Source of the DNA: a virus
Lineage: Duplodnaviria > Caudoviricetes
Virus record (IMG/VR): IMGVR_UViG_3300027766_000001
Length of the DNA: 64,000 nucleotides
Reading direction: 5' to 3' (one strand)
Shown here: positions 45,381 through 53,471 of the stretch, piece after piece
How positions within the stretch are numbered: position 1 is the first letter of the stretch
How the letters are laid out: every line of letters starts with the position of its first letter
Program-made: the position numbers and the translations under genes
The notes under the pieces: model-generated
The model's database searches: none
Seen by the model: only the letters and a program-made list of their open reading frames with translations
What the model was told of the DNA's origin: nothing

Positions 45381-46247
45381 ATGTCTGAACAAATCAACAC
45401 CAAAAAGATCGCCTTCCTCAACGCCTTCCTTCAGATTGAAGAAAACATCGACAGCATCAGTGAACTCGGTTACCTGCTCCGTGACGACACCAAAATTATC
45501 GACATGTGGTTCGATAAAGCGATCAGTATTTGGAAAGAACTTGATCCGCTGTTGAAACCCGGTGAGTCACATACCTGGCACGTTGTTAGCGAACCACAAA
45601 CAAGGGCCGGTGACACAGTGACCTATGAAAGCATGGGGATTAAAGACTCACGCTACTGGGACAGTAGCCACGCTAATCGACTCCGCCCCAGTGCGTTCCA
45701 CTCACTTCGCCGCGCGGTGTTACATGCTGAGTATCAATGCGACAGCATGGTTTCACGACTGGAAGAGTTTCGCAGACACATTCACACGTTTCTTGCCAAA
45801 ACACCTTTTCAAAGAGATGTGCCGGAAATTGAACCCAACGACCCTATCCTGGCTAAAGACAAGTTAACCATCTTGATGCACCTAACCGGACTCGAAGGGG
45901 TCTTATTGCGTCACAGGGATACAGGTGATCGCTCGGCCGTTATCCGTGGTCAAGTACTTCAGCATCACAGTGCTATGATTACGACGTATGCTAAACTCAG
46001 TCCCAACCTAACCTACGTCTGTGAGGAAGAGCGTGAGGTTTACATCCTCGAGCTGATGTCAGGATCAGAAGGCAGAATGCATGATGGACGCTTCCTGGAT
46101 ATTAATCAGGATCAGGGAATGATGGTGAGTAAATTCGCCTTTGGCACGGTGCGTCAGGTAGTTGAAGATGTTACCGATCTGCGCGTTAATGTTGTCTACT
46201 ACCTTGACTCAATCGTCAAGGCGGTGGAGAAAGAAATCTGGGGTTAG
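45381..46247 (+). CDS. hypothetical protein
   Basis: 288-aa ORF. Confidence 0.7.
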   Translation: MSEQINTKKIAFLNAFLQIEENIDSISELGYLLRDDTKIIDMWFDKAISIWKELDPLLKPGESHTWHVVSEPQTRAGDTVTYESMGIKDSRYWDSSHANRLRPSAFHSLRRAVLHAEYQCDSMVSRLEEFRRHIHTFLAKTPFQRDVPEIEPNDPILAKDKLTILMHLTGLEGVLLRHRDTGDRSAVIRGQVLQHHSAMITTYAKLSPNLTYVCEEEREVYILELMSGSEGRMHDGRFLDINQDQGMMVSKFAFGTVRQVVEDVTDLRVNVVYYLDSIVKAVEKEIWG

Positions 46248-46310
46248 TTAAGTTCGACATAACCGACCTATTAAATGAAAAGGCGGATATAACGAAGTAA
46301 AGGAGAAAAC

Positions 46311-47117
46311 ATGTATGCGTTAGTAAGGCTGACAGTATCAGGGACTGACACGGCCCATCTCTCAGTTATCAATGAAGATGGCAAAGGAGACTTCGCTGGC
46401 AAGATGGCTGGCAATCGCGCACAGAAAGGCGATATCCCGAACGAACAGTTCCGGAACGCGTTACGTGCATCTTCTACTAACCACATCGACGTACAAACGT
46501 TGTTGGGTGAAAACGATCAACCTTGGCCTGAGCTCATTCAAGCCCAAGCCGTTGGTTACACCCTCATCAACACACAGTACACCTGTCCAAAAGACCGAGA
46601 CCTGCGTAACCTCACCAATGCCGGTGACTGGTTACATAAACCCGGTTATCTTGGCTTTGAAGACGGGAGCAAGATCCATACACCCAGCATGATCCTGACC
46701 ATCGACAGCATGAATCTGTGGACCGACTCGGTAACGGTCAATCCGCTGGAGCGTTCGCGTTGGCCTGATGATGCGACAGTGGTCGAAGTCGATACTAGTA
46801 AACCGATTCCGCTGCGTGATGAACGCGAAGATGATTTCGCCTGCATCATGATCAAGCACGATGAAGACCCGGGGTTCGTTGCCTTTGTAACGTCTCGCTT
46901 GAAAGTGTTCCAGGAAAACCCGGAGAAGTTCTACTCCGTGTTACGGCAGAAGCTTCCACGCTTTAACCGTATGTATGAACGCTATCAGGGCATCGGGTTG
47001 TATTACCAGATTATCGTCCAGGGCTCTGAAGGGAAGTGTCGCAGTAAAACCAAAGAGATGCTGGACAAGTATTATCACGACAGCCGTTGTTTAAACTTTG
47101 ATCATGGGGATTGGTGA
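46311..47117 (+). CDS. degenerate GIY-YIG-like protein (paralog of 44378 and 50547)
   Basis: MYxLxxLTVxGT N-terminus shared with 44378; PNEQFRNA; LTNAGDW; AAAGGAG RBS. Confidence 0.55.
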   Translation: MYALVRLTVSGTDTAHLSVINEDGKGDFAGKMAGNRAQKGDIPNEQFRNALRASSTNHIDVQTLLGENDQPWPELIQAQAVGYTLINTQYTCPKDRDLRNLTNAGDWLHKPGYLGFEDGSKIHTPSMILTIDSMNLWTDSVTVNPLERSRWPDDATVVEVDTSKPIPLRDEREDDFACIMIKHDEDPGFVAFVTSRLKVFQENPEKFYSVLRQKLPRFNRMYERYQGIGLYYQIIVQGSEGKCRSKTKEMLDKYYHDSRCLNFDHGDW

Positions 47118-47725
47118 TGGATCGTATTAACAAAGCAGCGCTGGTTGCTAAAACCGCACACAATGCAGTCGGTCAGGTCCGTAAGTTTACTGGTGAACCT
47201 TACTGGACTCATCCGCAGAAAGTAGCCTGGAAAGTTAGTCAGTCAACCAAGGATGAAGATGTTATTTGCGCAGGCTGGTTACATGACGTGGTGGAAGATA
47301 CCCAGGTTAGCAGTAACTTCATCGATCAACAGTTTGGTCCGCAGGTGCGTCGTCTGGTGGAAGAGCTGACTGAGCAAAAGCCACATGACACGTCCAGCAA
47401 AAATGCCATTCACGATATCGCGCGTCTGGCCACAGTGTCGTTGGATGGTAAGCTGTTAAAGCTTGCCGATATCTGGGCCAACATCGATGACATCGGCGGT
47501 GAGAGCGGTGAAGGGTTTGTGCGTGCCTGGCTGCCAACCAAGATTGCAACCGTGTTGGCATTCAAGCGCAAAACGTCTGAGTTCAACCACCTGGTCGATG
47601 AGATCCTTGCATTGGCCAGTGACAAGGTTGCCACTCACTATCCTGAGCTGACCTTTGGCGGGATCTACACAGAAGGTGTTAACCGCCTGAACAAAGCAGC
47701 CAAAGAATACCCGGGGAGCTTCTAA
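47117..47725 (+). CDS. HD-domain hydrolase of the RelA/SpoT-hydrolase/Mesh1 type (small alarmone hydrolase-like)
   Basis: RKFTGEPYWTHP, WLHDVVEDT, LVEELT and LLKLAD motifs; TGATG coupling. Confidence 0.82.
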   Translation: MDRINKAALVAKTAHNAVGQVRKFTGEPYWTHPQKVAWKVSQSTKDEDVICAGWLHDVVEDTQVSSNFIDQQFGPQVRRLVEELTEQKPHDTSSKNAIHDIARLATVSLDGKLLKLADIWANIDDIGGESGEGFVRAWLPTKIATVLAFKRKTSEFNHLVDEILALASDKVATHYPELTFGGIYTEGVNRLNKAAKEYPGSF

Positions 47726-48045
47726 TGCATCAGTCAACCCATGTCATCATGCCCTTGACGTTTGATCAGGATCACCTGGCTTTCTCTAAAGTGATTCAGG
47801 GTATCAACCGTAAAGGGATTCGTCCGACCGTCACCTTGACGGGTTTCGTGGTGTACGACGGTAAGAATGTGGCCGGTCAGGATAACACCCGTCGCATCGA
47901 TCTGTCGCATATCCCGGACCCGACGTTTGGGATGCTGGATGAACAGGAAGTACTGAAGGCGATCAACGCCACGTATGGCAGTACGTTCCCGGATACCTGT
48001 ACCGTTTCGAAAGCGTTGGAGGTAACGTACGGTGAGCCTGCTTAG
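47725..48045 (+). CDS. hypothetical protein
   Basis: TAATG coupling; GGGAG RBS. Confidence 0.65.
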   Translation: MHQSTHVIMPLTFDQDHLAFSKVIQGINRKGIRPTVTLTGFVVYDGKNVAGQDNTRRIDLSHIPDPTFGMLDEQEVLKAINATYGSTFPDTCTVSKALEVTYGEPA

Positions 48046-48397
48046 CGGATACCATAAACCTCGGCGTCTGTGGCGTAATGACTACATGCTGGTTGGTAAT
48101 CCGTTATACAGTGATCGCTTCTTCCAAGCCTGTCAGCGTATCAAGCACAAACGGTACGTGTGTCAGCAGGTGTTCTTGTGTGCGTGGAAGCTTAAGCGCA
48201 ATGGCGTTGTGGTTGATGAACAAGCAGAATGTGCGGTGGATGTCACGGAACTGATGCTTAAGATCACAGCGCCATTAACCCAACAGCAATACGTCGACCT
48301 CGTCAATCGGTGTTTCAACACAGACATTGTGTTGGATGCTGAATCTGACATGACTTTCACTTTTGAATTGCGCTATCGGTACAGGAGTCATCAATGA
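48032..48397 (+). CDS. hypothetical protein
   Basis: GGAGG RBS, GTG start. Confidence 0.65.
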   Translation: MSLLSGYHKPRRLWRNDYMLVGNPLYSDRFFQACQRIKHKRYVCQQVFLCAWKLKRNGVVVDEQAECAVDVTELMLKITAPLTQQQYVDLVNRCFNTDIVLDAESDMTFTFELRYRYRSHQ

Positions 48398-48738
48398 GTC
48401 ATGAGATCATTATTGCAAAGTACAAGAAGCGCGACGCAGCTCCGTTTATCTCCCGCCCTTATCGTGATGCCATGGTCTACGATGAAGTGATTGAAGACAA
48501 AGCCACCATTTTGAAACGGGTAAACGATAACAAGGTTGTCCGGGACATCTTGGTAAAGTGTGTAGGTAATCCAGACGGTGGCAATTATCGGATCATCACC
48601 GGGAATGAGTTAGACGATATCACGCAGTTGCTGGCCAATGCGCGTGACACCGACTACTCTGCTGAGGTTGCGCTGTTTGTTGAGATTAACAAACAAATCA
48701 ATTTCGAAACTGAACGCCTGGTGTTTCGTCTGGCCTGA
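48394..48738 (+). CDS. hypothetical protein
   Basis: AGGAG RBS; ATGA overlap. Confidence 0.7.
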   Translation: MSHEIIIAKYKKRDAAPFISRPYRDAMVYDEVIEDKATILKRVNDNKVVRDILVKCVGNPDGGNYRIITGNELDDITQLLANARDTDYSAEVALFVEINKQINFETERLVFRLA

Positions 48739-48767
48739 TCATATGACCTTACTGATCAGGAGCTGTT

Positions 48768-49124
48768 ATGAAAACTACGTTCCACCTCACGGACGAGTCG
48801 TTTCGTGAAGACATGGACAAACTGTGGAAAATGATTCGTCGCTTGCGTGATGAGTCACAGTACCACGATGTCAAATTCACGCTGCAGAACTGGGTGCTGA
48901 CGTGTGACGGCACTTTAATCAAGTCCGGTGAAAACCAGGGGACTGATCTGACTGCGCTGTTCCAGATGCTGCCGTTCCCACCGACCAACGGTGACGTGCT
49001 GCAGATCATGGCGGCGTACGGTGTCGATGTTGCCACCGATCTCCCAGCGCGCCTGACCTACACGGTAGACGTCGAGTATACCGAAGGCCCGAAGCCGGCT
49101 GAGTCAGAACCCAACGCATCTTAA
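48768..49124 (+). CDS. hypothetical protein
   Basis: AGGAG RBS. Confidence 0.7.
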   Translation: MKTTFHLTDESFREDMDKLWKMIRRLRDESQYHDVKFTLQNWVLTCDGTLIKSGENQGTDLTALFQMLPFPPTNGDVLQIMAAYGVDVATDLPARLTYTVDVEYTEGPKPAESEPNAS

Positions 49125-49125
49125 T

Positions 49126-49180
49126 CGGCATAAAAGAGCCAGGGCTCCCGTCAAGGGCCCTGGACTCTTTATTTATGCAG
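49126..49180. terminator. terminator flanked by CGGCATAA and TTATGCAG
   Basis: CCAGGGC...GCCCTGG stem. Confidence 0.7.
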
Positions 49181-49186
49181 AGGATA

Positions 49187-49297
49187 ATGAATGAGCAACC
49201 TACCAGCAGCCAACTGACAGGGAAGAACACAAAGCGGAACGATCACTTGTTCTATACAATAGCTTTACATCTTTGTATTCTTAGACATGATATTTAA
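49187..49297 (+). CDS. possible 36-aa small protein (not in the ORF track)
   Basis: GAGGA RBS then MNEQPTSSQLTGKNTKRNDHLFYTIALHLCILRHDI. Confidence 0.35.
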   Translation: MNEQPTSSQLTGKNTKRNDHLFYTIALHLCILRHDI

Positions 49298-49441
49298 TTA
49301 GTATAATTAGTGGAGATATTATTCTTATTAAATATATATCGTCATAAATATCCTTCTCGTTAGCGTTAGCTCGCTAGAAATCAATAATGACTTCTATACG
49401 AACAGATGAATTAGTTTGATTTTACAAAAGGTAAATTAACC

Positions 49442-50104
49442 ATGAACGAACAATTAGAAAAGATTGTCCAGAACCTGATTGCAACACTGTGTCGCACCGA
49501 GCTGTCAAGCTACCCGACCTTGCAGGTCTATCGCAACAGCATGCGTCTGTTAAAGACCACAGCACACGAAGGTAACTTCTACTCAAGCTTGTTTGACTGG
49601 GTGGAATTTGATGATCCGTATTTAAAGGATCTGCTCAATTGCTTTAATGCCGAAGTGGTCACACTGAATGATCAGATTACCGGGTTGCGTTTACGCAGTC
49701 ATGATTCCAAGCAGCAACCGATTTTCTGGTTACATGCCAACGATCAACTGCGCGGTCAGGCCATGAGCGAGTTCTACGATCAAGTCACCACCTTTATGGA
49801 AAGCATTCCCGAAGGCAGCCCGGCACACGCTCAGCGGATTGACCTGGTGCCGTGTGGTAATTTGATCACCTGGCGCAGTGTGGTGAACCAGATCCGCAAC
49901 AACCCGGCCGATGCGGTGTTTGGTTCCATGAACCATCCACTGCGAGCATTCAGTAGCGGTACCGATCTGTACGTGCGTGCCCGTGATCGCAAAGATCAAA
50001 CCCCGGTGTCGACTAACCCCAACCTTAATCAAGCTGACTTAGAAGAAGACCAGAAGATTTGGTTTTCCATCAAGCGCCCGATGGTGAACACGCAGGTATT
50101 GTAA
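49442..50104 (+). CDS. hypothetical protein
   Basis: AAAGG RBS; 220 aa. Confidence 0.75.
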   Translation: MNEQLEKIVQNLIATLCRTELSSYPTLQVYRNSMRLLKTTAHEGNFYSSLFDWVEFDDPYLKDLLNCFNAEVVTLNDQITGLRLRSHDSKQQPIFWLHANDQLRGQAMSEFYDQVTTFMESIPEGSPAHAQRIDLVPCGNLITWRSVVNQIRNNPADAVFGSMNHPLRAFSSGTDLYVRARDRKDQTPVSTNPNLNQADLEEDQKIWFSIKRPMVNTQVL

Positions 50105-50109
50105 AATTA

Positions 50110-50156
50110 GACATTCGACATCTATTTAATGGCATCTGGGATGTCGATGTCTTTTT
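50110..50156 (+). terminator. intrinsic terminator
   Basis: GACAT(T)CGACATC ... GATGTCGATGTC followed by TTTTT. Confidence 0.65.
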
Positions 50157-50170
50157 CCAGGAGATGAATC

Positions 50171-50518
50171 ATGTCAGGTAATAACGATGTAGAAGTGATG
50201 CAGTTGATGGATTACGATCCCAACAATCCCCCGGTGGACGCTGATCAGTTTACTGAAGAGCAGAAGCTGACACAAGACCTCGCAATCCGCGCTGACGCAC
50301 GCTATGCATCGTTTGCCGAAGCATGCCGTGAATTACGTGCCACTTGCAAAGAAAGCCCGGAGAATGCGATTGAGGCGTTCTCTGAGCGTATTGTCATGTT
50401 ACACATGGACGGCCGTGTCCCGTTGGCATCTACAGAACAACACAGCAACATAATGAAGCTGCTGTTAAAAGCCGCATTGGCGAATCTGGTGATCAGCCAA
50501 GATCCAGAACGCCCTTAA
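50171..50518 (+). CDS. hypothetical protein
   Basis: AGGAG RBS. Confidence 0.75.
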   Translation: MSGNNDVEVMQLMDYDPNNPPVDADQFTEEQKLTQDLAIRADARYASFAEACRELRATCKESPENAIEAFSERIVMLHMDGRVPLASTEQHSNIMKLLLKAALANLVISQDPERP

Positions 50519-50546
50519 TCAACACAGCAAAAAGGATAACCCAGTT

Positions 50547-51341
50547 ATGTTTATCAGTCATGATGCAAAGCTACTGCACATCGTACGCTTTCGTGGTGAG
50601 CCGTTGATGTACATGACTACGACTGACGATGCTGAATTGTCAGAACGTACGATTAATGAAGAGTTGCGCAATGGGAGCTTTCGTAACCAGGCTTTCCAGA
50701 TGGCCTACGAAGCAAAGAAGACCGAACTCGGTTTGCTTAATCCTCACCCCGCCGAACTCCTGACCCACCAATTCGTGAGCACCGTGGGATTGAGCGGGTT
50801 CGGCACCGGTCACTGGTTACTGCGTGATCTGATCGGTAACAAATACGGTCTTCGTCTGGTTGCCAACATTGGCGACTGGTTAGATGTCGAAGGCTTTATT
50901 GACGTCACCCCGCCCGACCAGGATGCCCGCCGTTATCTGCGTGTCACCGATATCGGCAAGTACTACGACAGCATTGACTGTTTTGAAAAGGGTGTCTACC
51001 CAATCTACATCCTGGCTTGTGAGAACAACCAGATCGTAGCAAACAGTTCTGTTGAAAACCACCGTGATGAACAGCCGAAGACTGTGGGTTACGACCAGGT
51101 TACCTATAAAGGCGATGATGGTCGCACGGTTCTGCTTAGTCACAGCAACGTGTCGATTGACCTGACGGATGATGAAGAGCGTATCATTAAAGATAAGCCG
51201 ATTCATGCTAACGGTCGACTGTACAGCAGCATTGCTCAGTTCGCCATGGCTCGCAATATTCCGACCTGGTTTGTGTTGGAGCAGATCAACGCACCGGCCG
51301 AAGCACGTTACGTTTACTCGCAGGATTGGCGTTTCGTCTAA
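50547..51341 (+). CDS. degenerate GIY-YIG-like protein with C-terminal NUMOD1-like HTH
   Basis: ELRNGSFRNQAFQMAYE; VANIGDW; IHANGRLYSSIAQFA; AAAGGA RBS. Confidence 0.55.
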   Translation: MFISHDAKLLHIVRFRGEPLMYMTTTDDAELSERTINEELRNGSFRNQAFQMAYEAKKTELGLLNPHPAELLTHQFVSTVGLSGFGTGHWLLRDLIGNKYGLRLVANIGDWLDVEGFIDVTPPDQDARRYLRVTDIGKYYDSIDCFEKGVYPIYILACENNQIVANSSVENHRDEQPKTVGYDQVTYKGDDGRTVLLSHSNVSIDLTDDEERIIKDKPIHANGRLYSSIAQFAMARNIPTWFVLEQINAPAEARYVYSQDWRFV

Positions 51342-51383
51342 CACTGATGGTATGTGGCTATCAGTCTTGACAGAGGACCATTT

Positions 51384-52262
51384 ATGGGTAAGCAATCGAA
51401 ACGCAACAAGGAGACCATTGTGTCTGATGAAAACAAACAAAACGAAACCGAGCTCGAGCAGAATGAGTCCGGCAGTGACGCGGCATCTGACGCAACAACT
51501 GCTGAACCAGGGTCCGCGTCCGGTGATGGCGCAGTTTCAGCCAGTGAAGCTGGGAGCGATGACGGCGAAGGCAGCAACGAAGGTGACAGTGTCTCCGTCG
51601 AACCCAATGAATTCGAACACACCGATGAGCCTGGCCCACTGGGTGAACAAGGTGTCGCAGGATCTGATGTCGTAGCCGGTGCCACGGCTGAAGAGATTGC
51701 TGCCGCGGGTGCTGAATCACAGGCCTCCCTAGCGCAAGCTCCTGAGCTGGCTGCCCTTGCACCAGAGACGCCGGTTGTTAAGGAACCGGAAGTTGTAACC
51801 CAGCCTGCACCGATCGTTGCTGCACCGGTGACCGATCACGCCGATGCGATCGTCAATTACATCCGTGCGTACGTAGACAAGATGGATCCGTCTAAGTACA
51901 TGGACGCCAAAACGGGTGTACCAATTCAGAAACGTCTGTACAGCGACCTGACTGAGCTGATGAAGCTTGACTTTATCCAGTTCAAATCCGGCATGGACAA
52001 ACTGCTGACCCTGATCTTTGAATACCGTCATGCGGCGTTCAGCGATCTGTACAGCCGTCGCTTCTTTGAGAACCTGTATCCGTCCATGACGCATGACCAG
52101 GTTCGCGAGTTCGATGAACTTCTGCACATCCTCGTAACGGTAGGCACCCAGTCTAACCGTTCACGTGCAATGTCGCAGATCGATCTCAATGCGGCACTGA
52201 AGTCGGTGAAGAATGCGAAGGCACAGCAGAACATGTCTGCGTACTTCTCAGCACTGCGTTAA
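51384..52262 (+). CDS. putative head/virion protein with acidic low-complexity N-terminal region
   Basis: TATG motif at 51351; E/A/S/G/P-rich first half with many (S/A/G)xE sites; helical C-terminal domain; alternative GTG start at 51420. Confidence 0.6.
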   Translation: MGKQSKRNKETIVSDENKQNETELEQNESGSDAASDATTAEPGSASGDGAVSASEAGSDDGEGSNEGDSVSVEPNEFEHTDEPGPLGEQGVAGSDVVAGATAEEIAAAGAESQASLAQAPELAALAPETPVVKEPEVVTQPAPIVAAPVTDHADAIVNYIRAYVDKMDPSKYMDAKTGVPIQKRLYSDLTELMKLDFIQFKSGMDKLLTLIFEYRHAAFSDLYSRRFFENLYPSMTHDQVREFDELLHILVTVGTQSNRSRAMSQIDLNAALKSVKNAKAQQNMSAYFSALR

Positions 52263-52265
52263 TCA

Positions 52266-52330
52266 GCATAAAGGAGGCACTCTTTCCCTTCGGGGAAAGA
52301 GGCCTCTGTTTTATGCCGTTCTTTTCTTTT
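52266..52330. terminator. bidirectional terminator
   Basis: GCATAA ... CTCTTTCCC-ttcg-GGGAAAGAG ... TTTTATGCCG followed by T runs. Confidence 0.85.
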
Positions 52331-52335
52331 TGCTT

Positions 52336-52857
52336 TCAAACTAGGGTGCCGGTGAAGAGCGATGGGACATCATCCACGAATGGGTTGTAGCGCATGATCT
52401 TGCCTACCGTGAAATCGTAGTAAATGAAATCCAGCAAGCGTAACCCCAGATAATCCCCGCTCATGGTAAAGCTTGTGAACCCATTGCGATTAATCCCGGT
52501 AAACCCTGATCGTGTTTCTGGCGTTGAGAACTTCAGTAAGCAATACTGCTGATTACTGAGGATGTATTGGAACACGTCATCATTAGGACACGCATGACGG
52601 GTGATAGGCGCCCAGCGTGAATCATGGGTAAACCAATCTTTGTACGGTGTGCCCCACATGAGAACCGTGGTTTGAGTTATTTTTATACGTGCATATTTCT
52701 CGGCGTAACTGGACCCTGGTGAAGTATCAGTTACGGAACTATTCATTGCTAAATAGCTGCTTTGATTTTGATCAAGCCAAACAAGAAACGCTGGGTAATC
52801 CATATCCGATGCTGGAGCAGCTTTAGACTGTCCATTGTGCAGCAATAACTCTAACAT
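52336..52857 (-). CDS. putative virion-associated protein (MLE-family), paralog of 52885..53382
   Basis: Shares WGxPYK, GxNRNG and DFIYYD.T.G..MRYNP with its neighbour; AAAGGA RBS. Confidence 0.65.
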   Translation of the reverse strand: MLELLLHNGQSKAAPASDMDYPAFLVWLDQNQSSYLAMNSSVTDTSPGSSYAEKYARIKITQTTVLMWGTPYKDWFTHDSRWAPITRHACPNDDVFQYILSNQQYCLLKFSTPETRSGFTGINRNGFTSFTMSGDYLGLRLLDFIYYDFTVGKIMRYNPFVDDVPSLFTGTLV

Positions 52858-52884
52858 ACCTACATCCTTTTAAGTCACCTCAAC

Positions 52885-53382
52885 TCAAGCCGAGATAGTC
52901 AGATCGAAAGGAACAGGAGTGCTATCCGTCAACGGGTTGTACCGCATCACAATCCCTGTTGTTGTATCGTAATAGATAAAGTCATCACAGTATCCACCCT
53001 GGTAGGACGTGTACGAAGGTGAGCTGTATCCGTTACGGTTCACACCCAGGTAGGAACTACGCGTACTGACATACGTGTTTTTAAACAACATGTACCGCTT
53101 AGCCGACACCGCCTCGCTACCGGCAGCAGCACTGGGCAGTGCGTGCTGTATAATACGGTTTACTACAGAGTCATACGTGTAGTAGGTCTTATAAGGCGAC
53201 CCCCACATTGTTCCCTGGAAAGCAGCGGTGAGTTGAACTTTCAGATATCCAGTGCGTGTGCTTGGCGTGCCGGTTAATGACAACTCCGTCATTTTACCAC
53301 TGTTCTGATTCATCCAGGTAAGGAAGTCAGCATAACTTACCCCGGCTACCTTTTGTTTCCCTCCCAACATCATCTCTAACAT
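52885..53382 (-). CDS. putative virion-associated protein (MLE-family), paralog of 52336..52857
   Basis: Same motifs as its neighbour; GGAG RBS; TATG motif upstream on the minus strand. Confidence 0.65.
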   Translation of the reverse strand: MLEMMLGGKQKVAGVSYADFLTWMNQNSGKMTELSLTGTPSTRTGYLKVQLTAAFQGTMWGSPYKTYYTYDSVVNRIIQHALPSAAAGSEAVSAKRYMLFKNTYVSTRSSYLGVNRNGYSSPSYTSYQGGYCDDFIYYDTTTGIVMRYNPLTDSTPVPFDLTISA

Positions 53383-53413
53383 ATCAACGCTCCAAAGGTT
53401 TTCCTCATAACAT

Positions 53414-53471
53414 CGACATAAAGCCCTCTGACTCCTCGTTAGAGAAGCCAGAGGTCCAACCGACTTTATGC
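53414..53471 (-). terminator. terminator after the polymerase/exonuclease subunit gene
   Basis: CCTCTG...CAGAGG imperfect stem flanked by GACATAAA and TTTATGC. Confidence 0.55.

Noticed and set aside
49282-49307. Sigma70-like TAGACA...TATAAT
   Set aside because: Spacer is 14 nt, too short; such hexamers are expected by chance in an AT-rich stretch
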